A DNA stretch of 18,415 nucleotides from Terrimicrobiaceae bacterium (GTDB lineage: Bacteria; Verrucomicrobiota; Verrucomicrobiia; Chthoniobacterales; Terrimicrobiaceae), in contig JBGSVZ010000020.1 in assembly GCA_041752695.1 (NCBI GenBank), forward strand, positions 1 through 18,415, read 5' to 3'. Shown here piece after piece: positions 1 through 5,243 of the stretch. Every line of letters begins with the position of its first letter. Positions within the stretch are counted from its first letter, which is position 1. The notes under the pieces were generated by a model. It was not told where the DNA came from. It did not search any database and saw nothing but the letters and a program-made list of their open reading frames with translations. Made by a program: the position numbers and the translations under genes.

Positions 1-70
1 CCCCAAGGGCTTCGCCAGCGGCCCTCAGCTTCTTGATGATTTCTTCAGGTGTATGTCGCTTTCTTTTCAT
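1..70 (-). CDS. IS3-family transposase OrfA, N-terminal part (partial)
   Basis: Manual translation from ATG at 70 gives MKRKRHTPEEIIKKLRAAGEALG, the typical IS3-family OrfA HTH start. Not in the ORF track because it runs off the window edge. Confidence 0.88.
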   Translation of the reverse strand, partial: MKRKRHTPEEIIKKLRAAGEALG

Positions 71-139
71 GAGATTTTGGCGGCGCTTCCGCGCCGCCGA
101 CTCTCATAACTCCTGGATCAACTTTTGGGGAGCACTCCA
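1..139 (-). mobile_element. Left end of an IS3-family insertion sequence (continues beyond the window start)
   Basis: The - strand reads TGGAGTGCTCCCCAAAAGTTGATCCA from 139, with the 5'-TG terminus typical of IS3-family IRs. An OrfA-like start follows at 70. Confidence 0.88.
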
Positions 140-593
140 CGGAGAGAATCACCAACTCGTTCTAGAGACCGAGTTTCCATGGGGTACAAAGTCGCAAGGA
201 GAGCGCACCAACATTATTTTTGACGGCGTATGGTGTCATCACCTCGAGTCGATTCAGGACGGCAACATCATTTTCGATATCGAGCAGGTCGAATTGGCCC
301 AAATCGAGAAGGAATTTCGATCAGTTTTTGAACGCCTTAAGAACTATGGATGGCCTCGTCTGGAAGAGAAGGATGACACTTTTTCTCGCGTAGTTGAGCG
401 CAGACACCTCAAAGTGTATCGGATTGGATCGAGCTACGGAATGGAAGGCTTTGTAGTCGCAGAATCTGTCCAACAAACAAACAGCGAACAAGCCGATGCA
501 GCAAATCGCCATCCCTTCGGGACTTCTGGCCTGCTTCCTGCTGATTCCGCTACGCGGGCAGGAAGCAGGCCAGAAGCAAGTGGCGATTCCTGA
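140..593 (+). pseudogene. Cassette 1 hypothetical protein, 5' end separated by the IS3 insertion; reads through attC1
   Basis: ORF 33..593 is chimeric: its first ~35 codons are antisense IS sequence. Protein-like sequence (GENHQLVLETEF...IIFDGVWCHHLE...IGSSYGMEGFVVAESV) begins at the IS boundary, and the last ~36 codons lie in attC1. Confidence 0.75.
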
Positions 594-608
594 TCGGGGA
601 CGTTAGCT
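483..608 (+). repeat. attC site 1 (126 bp)
   Basis: R'' AGCGAAC 483-489 and R' GTTAGCT 602-608. L arms ccgat(G)cag / ctgatcgg carry one extra base. Perfect 19-bp inner inverted repeat cttctggcctgcttcctgc / gcaggaagcaggccagaag. Confidence 0.92.
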
Positions 609-614
609 GAGATT

Positions 615-989
615 ATGACCTCCGCTCTGAATAATTCCGAGATATTGCAAATGACGATAATCGAAAGGGTTTTGCATTCTGGATCGGTAGGTATTGCTGT
701 ATTGCTCGTCATCGTATTAAGCGCAATACTCTGTATTATCACGAACCGACAGAGGAAGGACATCGCAAGTCTTGGTTTGGCTTTTATTCCAATCATCCTT
801 GGTGTCCTTTTTTATGCATACTGCATTTCATTCGTAATTATTGAGTTTCTCTACATGGGTGGCGTAGCCGACCCTAATTGGTATTTTCATATGACCTCGG
901 ATGCCGCCCTCTTTATGCTTTTTGGAGGGTTTACGTCTTTGGCTCTTATTGGGATGAATGTGATTACATCATTCAAAACCAGAATATAA
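615..989 (+). CDS. Cassette 2: small integral membrane protein (about 3 TM segments)
   Basis: 124-aa ORF with three hydrophobic stretches. ATG is 6 nt after R' and the stop is immediately before R''. Confidence 0.8.
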   Translation: MTSALNNSEILQMTIIERVLHSGSVGIAVLLVIVLSAILCIITNRQRKDIASLGLAFIPIILGVLFYAYCISFVIIEFLYMGGVADPNWYFHMTSDAALFMLFGGFTSLALIGMNVITSFKTRI

Positions 990-1169
990 CGCTAACGGGC
1001 CGATGGACTTAACCCCGGGCAATGCCGCACTTTCGGTGGTGAGCACGGATGCCGCTAATCGTTCAGGCACAGGGGCTGCGAAGACGAAGAGCAGCCTCAG
1101 CGCCTTCACTCCCGCCGCTTTCATGGTGACCGCCGTTCCGCCCGTGGCAAGTCATCGGGGACGTTCGCT
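990..1169 (+). repeat. attC site 2 (180 bp, unusually long)
   Basis: R'' CGCTAAC 990-996 pairs with the cassette entry GTTAGC(T). R' GTTCGCT 1163-1169. Arms ccgat(G)gactt / aagtcatcgg. Confidence 0.85.
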
Positions 1170-1175
1170 GAATAT

Positions 1176-1482
1176 ATGTCGCTTCGCTCCCTGAGACTTA
1201 GTGATCTTGTGAAGCTGTCTGAGAGGAGCACGACGATACCGGCAAGTTATGGCGCGGGTGCAAGTTCAGGCCGGAGGATTGGCAGGCACACGTCGCCGGT
1301 GCGATGGCACGAAACTCCGAATGGATCGTAATCCTGCAGAGAATGCCCAGCGGGGTTCGACCGTCCCACGAGCAGAAAATATTTCCCATGGCCGGGCAAG
1401 GCAGGCGCGGACAAGATCATCGGGCGTCAGGACAGAAGAATTCGGAGTCCATGCTCGTCGCCCAATGAGAATGAAACGAAAA
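1176..1482 (+). pseudogene. Cassette 3 (1164-1589): degenerate or non-coding cargo
   Basis: ATG at 1176, 6 nt after R' as in cassette 2, opens only 51 codons. No single frame spans the cassette from that start. Confidence 0.5.
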
Positions 1483-1595
1483 AGCGAACAGACCAGTCGA
1501 GGTAACCCCTACGCGCCGTCAAGGCTGATGCTTTTTCCGCTTCGCGGGCATCAGTCGCGCCCGCGCTCCGGGGCACCTCACTGGGGACGTTGGCT
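1483..1595 (+). repeat. attC site 3 (113 bp)
   Basis: R'' AGCGAAC 1483-1489 is the exact complement of entry GTTCGCT at 1163-1169. R' GTTGGCT 1589-1595. Arms ccagt(C)gaggt / acctcactgg. Confidence 0.9.
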
Positions 1596-2087
1596 ATGAA
1601 AATACTCCTTCGTTTATTCAAGCTCGCAGTTGTTGCTCTGCTTTTCATTGCATTTGCCGCCTTTGCGCTGATCCGATACCGAGCGTATCAGCGTGGTTCT
1701 TGGAAGAATGCCGCGCTTGCTCGACTATCACAGAACGTCGATAAACCCGACTGGATTCCAGATCAGCTGAAGGCATTAAAACAGGCTGGACCAGAGGATC
1801 AAGCGACTGAAGGAGGATGGTATACAAGAAAGTTTATCCTGATGAAGAACGGCGAATGGATGGCCTACACGAATATTTGCAGAAAAGAGGACTGGAGGAT
1901 CGATGATTTGCTGCTCGGATTTGGATCAGATCATCAATGGTATTATTCGACATTTCATGTTTGTATCGGTGGGATCGTTTTCAGGATGCGTGGACAGCCA
2001 GACAGTCTCGCCGCGATGAGGAAGGATTATCATTTGCAGCCGTTCGATGGGAAATCTGACAAGTGCCTTGAACGAACATGGCCATAA
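1596..2087 (+). CDS. Cassette 4: hypothetical protein with an N-terminal membrane anchor/signal
   Basis: ATG directly after R'. Starts MKILLRLFKLAVVALLFIAFAAFALIRYR, followed by a soluble domain with three Cys. Confidence 0.85.
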   Translation: MKILLRLFKLAVVALLFIAFAAFALIRYRAYQRGSWKNAALARLSQNVDKPDWIPDQLKALKQAGPEDQATEGGWYTRKFILMKNGEWMAYTNICRKEDWRIDDLLLGFGSDHQWYYSTFHVCIGGIVFRMRGQPDSLAAMRKDYHLQPFDGKSDKCLERTWP

Positions 2088-2103
2088 CCGCCTACAAACA
2101 AAA

Positions 2104-2229
2104 AGCCAACAGACCGATGGAGCAAATCCCCGTCCCTTCGGGACTTCTGGCATGCCTCCTGCTGATTCCGCTTCGCGGGCAGGAACCATGCCAGAAGCAA
2201 GCGGGGATTCCTCATCGGGGACGTTAGGT
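2104..2229 (+). repeat. attC site 4 (126 bp; close relative of attC1)
   Basis: R'' AGCCAAC 2104-2110 is the exact complement of entry GTTGGCT. R' GTTAGGT 2223-2229. Ungapped alignment to attC1 gives 15 differences by manual count. Confidence 0.92.
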
Positions 2230-2236
2230 GAAGAAT

Positions 2237-2980
2237 ATGACGCGCATATCCGTAGAACTGGTGCCCAGATCATTCGATCATTTGAGGGAAGAGTGCGCCG
2301 CGATTTCAAGTGCTTTCCCCAGTCTGGACACTCTCAATATCCCCGACATAATGAGAATTCCAATTCGCAGTTGGGAGGCATGCCGTTTCACCACCGATTA
2401 CTTTCCCAATAGCATTCCCCATCTCCGCGCCATTGATTTCAACCTTGAGTCCAGCCAAACGATTCTTGAAGTGGTTGAAGGATTTAGAGAGGTGTTAATC
2501 GTATCGGGCGATCCACCCCATGATTTTTCCCGAAGAGTATATTCGACCAAAGCCACTGATGTAATAAAGTTTCTGAAATCGAAACGATCAGACCTGAAGG
2601 TCTACGCAGCCATTGACCCATACCGCAGTGGAATACAGCAAGAGCTTGAATACACCACGCGGAAATTAGATTCTGGAGCTGACGGGTTTTTCACCCAACC
2701 GTTTTTCTCGATTGAGTTGATGAGTGTTTTTGCAGATCTACTACAGGGTGTTGAAGTATTTTGGGGGATCTCACCCGTAATTGGAGAGAGGAGTCGCAAC
2801 TATTGGGAGACCACCAATCGTGCAATATTTCCTTCTCACTATGATTTCACACACGAAGGCAACCAAGAGTTCGGGCGCCGAGCTTTAGATTTCGCAGATC
2901 GAAATGACTCCAATATCTATTTCATGCCTATTCGAATGAAGGCCATCGATTACCTCAGCGGCATCATCCCAACCACCTAA
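2237..2980 (+). CDS. metF: Cassette 5: methylenetetrahydrofolate reductase family protein (MetF-like)
   Basis: Motifs ISVELVPR, NIPD, IPHLRAID, VLIVSGDPP and KLDSGADGFFTQPFF match the MTHFR flavoprotein TIM barrel. ATG at 2237 (in-frame GTG at 2228). The TAA stop lies within R''. Confidence 0.85.
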   Translation: MTRISVELVPRSFDHLREECAAISSAFPSLDTLNIPDIMRIPIRSWEACRFTTDYFPNSIPHLRAIDFNLESSQTILEVVEGFREVLIVSGDPPHDFSRRVYSTKATDVIKFLKSKRSDLKVYAAIDPYRSGIQQELEYTTRKLDSGADGFFTQPFFSIELMSVFADLLQGVEVFWGISPVIGERSRNYWETTNRAIFPSHYDFTHEGNQEFGRRALDFADRNDSNIYFMPIRMKAIDYLSGIIPTT

Positions 2981-3075
2981 CGAGCGCATCGACCTAACCC
3001 CTACAAGCTGGCACTCGGGCTGCTAAAGCACCCCGACCGCCAGCTTTCTGGGGCAGGTCATGCGGGACGTTAGCT
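2975..3075 (+). repeat. attC site 5 (101 bp)
   Basis: R'' ACCTAAC 2975-2981 is the exact complement of entry GTTAGGT. R' GTTAGCT 3069-3075. Arms cgcat(C)gacct / aggtcatgcg. Inner arms aagctggc / gccagctt. Confidence 0.92.
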
Positions 3076-3077
3076 GC

Positions 3078-3116
3078 ATGAAAATCCTCGCCGTTTTAGT
3101 CCTTGTTTGTGCCAAC
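3078..3116 (+). pseudogene. Cassette 6: truncated 5' stub of a probably secreted protein
   Basis: ATG 2 nt after R' gives MKILAVLVLVCAN (signal-peptide-like), then the frame runs into unrelated sequence. No matching AGCTAAC/attC seen downstream. Confidence 0.55.
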
Positions 3117-3187
3117 GGGTCAGACCTTATTAAACGGAAATTGCTGCTTCGGTCTCGATGCGGTAGCCGCGACCCGCATGTTACGAT

Positions 3188-3236
3188 CACCGAGGTTTGG
3201 CGCAGAGGACTTTCTCGGCACCTCTGCGTCTCGGTG
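3188..3236. repeat. Imperfect palindrome of cgcagag/ctctgcg-type units; possible terminator of the yceI-like gene
   Basis: caccgag(3188-3194)...cgcagagg(3201-3208) pairs with cctctgcg(3221-3228)...ctcggtg(3230-3236). Confidence 0.45.
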
Positions 3237-3269
3237 CCTCGGCTGTTGATCCTTTCCATCCGCCCTGCC

Positions 3270-4124
3270 TCAAGCGGGCGTGGCGACGATTTTGACTTGG
3301 AGGTCGATGAGGTCGTTGACGACATGCTTGCCGAGCCGGGCGAAGAAACGGCCGGACCCGTAGATCGATCCCCAGCGGGTGCGATCGAACGCGACGGCGC
3401 CTTGCGCGACCAGCGCGCCATCGTCACGGACCGCGGCGACGACCGCGAAACCGACTTCGTGCGTTTCGCCGCGCAGCGTGAGTTGGGCTGTCACCCGCAG
3501 GTTCTCCCGACCAGGTGTCGCCTCGACGATGGCCTCGCTGCGCGTGATCACAAGTTCGGCCTCGGGGAAACGCTCAACCGCAAAAAAATCCTCGCTGCGC
3601 AAATGCGCGATGAGGAGGCGGTTCATGGCGTCATCGGTGATGTCCTTACAGCTCATGGAATCCATAGCAATCTGCAGCTTTCCGCCTCGGAGAAGATTTC
3701 CAGCGACGGCGATTTCTCCGCCGCTCAGCCGTAATTCCCCGGAATGGAAATTCAACAAATTCCGGCCGGTCCAATACATCACACTCGCTACCGGATCGAT
3801 GGCATAACGGCCGTCGACGACCCGCGCGGAGGTGCCGGTTCCCTCGGTGATCCCGCCCCGCGCTGTCCATCCTTCCAGCCCGCCTTCGAGGATGGTCACC
3901 TGAACATACCCCGCAGCGCTCAGCCGCCCGGCCGCTTCCTCCGCCTCGCGGGTCTGGGTGCTCCACCCGTAAACCGTCAGCGGTGTCGCGCGATCCGGGA
4001 ACGCCGCGGAAACTTTGTCCACGAACGCGGTTTCATACACACAGAAGTTCCGCGCCCCCGGAATTCGCTCGCAGGCAAACGATTCATCGGACAACACATC
4101 GATCAAATTTTCCGGTGTCTTCAT
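3270..4124 (-). CDS. Rhodanese-like domain + YceI (polyisoprenoid-binding) domain fusion
   Basis: The N-half has LIDV, ERIPGARN and LEGGLEGW (rhodanese). The C-half has HLRSEDFFAVERFP, LTLRGETH and FDRTRWG (YceI). Start moved to ATG 4124 (MKTPENLIDV). Confidence 0.9.
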   Translation of the reverse strand: MKTPENLIDVLSDESFACERIPGARNFCVYETAFVDKVSAAFPDRATPLTVYGWSTQTREAEEAAGRLSAAGYVQVTILEGGLEGWTARGGITEGTGTSARVVDGRYAIDPVASVMYWTGRNLLNFHSGELRLSGGEIAVAGNLLRGGKLQIAMDSMSCKDITDDAMNRLLIAHLRSEDFFAVERFPEAELVITRSEAIVEATPGRENLRVTAQLTLRGETHEVGFAVVAAVRDDGALVAQGAVAFDRTRWGSIYGSGRFFARLGKHVVNDLIDLQVKIVATPA

Positions 4125-4231
4125 GCCGCGCACCGTAGTGCATTCTCGCAGTTCGTGCCAGCCACCTTGTCGAAGAGGCGTTCCGGCGGTTAGGTCCGCG
4201 CCATGGAGATTCGTTGCCGCAGAAGGGATTC

Positions 4232-4259
4232 TTGACAGTTTTCCCCACCCTCTTTGACT
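4232..4259 (+). promoter_or_regulatory. Possible sigma70 promoter of the transposase remnant
   Basis: Perfect TTGACA at 4232-4237 with only a weak -10 (TTGACT 4254-4259), just before GTG 4267. Confidence 0.3.
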
Positions 4260-4266
4260 CCTTGCC

Positions 4267-4332
4267 GTGGCCCAACGGCCCCGCATTGAATTTCCTGGTA
4301 CCTTCTACCACGTCATGGCCCGAGGGGACCGA
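4267..4332 (+). pseudogene. N-terminal remnant of a RAYT/IS200-like (Y1 HUH) transposase
   Basis: GTG-started MAQRPRIEFPGTFYHVMARGDR matches the MARxxRIEFPGAxYHVMxRG start of these proteins. Similarity then stops, there is no HUH core, and the frame ends at 4440. Confidence 0.8.
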
Positions 4333-4489
4333 CACCTATCCTCGAGACCAGCAGAAGCACACCGCCATTTAATATTAGTATCTGCCGTTTGCCACCGCGG
4401 TCATTACGCCCGATGGGACCTCAATATCAACTTTCACTGACCGAGCCCTTCGCCTCGCCCAGGGCTCGGCCGTCTGGCTGGGAGTTCGA

Positions 4490-5110
4490 TCACCCGCTCG
4501 ATGCTTCTGTCGACTCGTACCCCATTTTCCCGCCGCGAAGAATGGCCAACAGGATGACTCCCGCAATGGCAAGGAGGGCGGCTGATGGTTCGGGCACGAC
4601 TGAGACCGTCCCTGGCACCGAACTGAACGGCAGGTTGATACTTTCGGCGGATTCGAAATGCAGGGGAGTCCAGCCGTCCGTGAAGGCCACCGTCGTGGTG
4701 TCGCCTGGCAGGCCTCGTATGTCAAAGGTCAATGAGAAGAGTATTGTCCCGTCGGGAAGGGTGTTGCCGAGGAGACTGTCTGAGCTCCAGTCGAAGGTCA
4801 GCATTCCTTCTGGAATCCTGGAGAAACTCCCGTTGTCCAACTCGGGAATGCCGAAATCCCCTGCGTTCACATAATCCATCACTTGGGGATCCCACTGGAT
4901 TGTTCCCATGCCTTCGGTGATTTGCCAGAAGCCCTCGCCGCGGAACACCACCTTGATATCTTCGCCAACCTCGCCCTCGACGATATCCCCCCGCAGGGTC
5001 AGGCCCGTCTGCCCCCAGCCATTTCCGACCGAGGCCACCAGGAAGAGAGCGAAAAGTACGTTATGCCAAACTCGAGGAACGTCACAGAAAATGATCCGCA
5101 GCGAATGCAT
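4490..5110 (-). CDS. Cohesin-like domain protein with PEP-CTERM sorting signal
   Basis: Signal peptide, then a cohesin-like pattern (GEDIKV, TIQWDPQVMDY, LPDGTILFSLTFDI, TVAFTD), then VPEPS + TM + basic residues. Confidence 0.8.
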   Translation of the reverse strand: MHSLRIIFCDVPRVWHNVLFALFLVASVGNGWGQTGLTLRGDIVEGEVGEDIKVVFRGEGFWQITEGMGTIQWDPQVMDYVNAGDFGIPELDNGSFSRIPEGMLTFDWSSDSLLGNTLPDGTILFSLTFDIRGLPGDTTTVAFTDGWTPLHFESAESINLPFSSVPGTVSVVPEPSAALLAIAGVILLAILRGGKMGYESTEASSG

Positions 5111-5243
5111 ATCGCCAAGATGCTTTCACGTATCCGCCGAGGCGGCCGTTTGTTGCCGCAGGCCTGGTGCTTCAATTGCCGTTGATGAGGGCGTTTTCCG
5201 TTTTCCTGTTGAGGCGGCGCGGGATCGACAGGGGCGAGTGCGG

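Larger units (their letters stand above)
140..3116 (+). mobile_element. Integron gene cassette array (5 attC sites, 6 cassettes with the first and last broken); no integrase in window
   Basis: Co-oriented short ORFs alternate with AAC...GTT-bounded imperfect palindromes. R''/R' complementarity holds per cassette, and the region is visibly AT-richer than downstream genes. Confidence 0.92.

Noticed and set aside
33..593. ORF-track 186-aa protein as an intact gene
   Set aside because: Its N-terminus is antisense IS3 sequence and its C-terminus is attC. Only about 140-482 is genuine cargo.
1926..2412. Similar peptides in ORFs 434..796, 1926..2309 and 2047..2412 suggesting a protein family
   Set aside because: The similarity comes solely from translating the related attC1 and attC4 DNA.
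483..3075. CRISPR array or structured ncRNA interpretation of the repeats
   Set aside because: The repeats are 100-180 bp, variable, separated by whole genes, and carry R/L-box attC hallmarks. No cas genes are present.
3060..3734. 224-aa + strand ORF
   Set aside because: Beyond the cassette-6 stub it is intergenic sequence plus the antisense shadow of the YceI gene.
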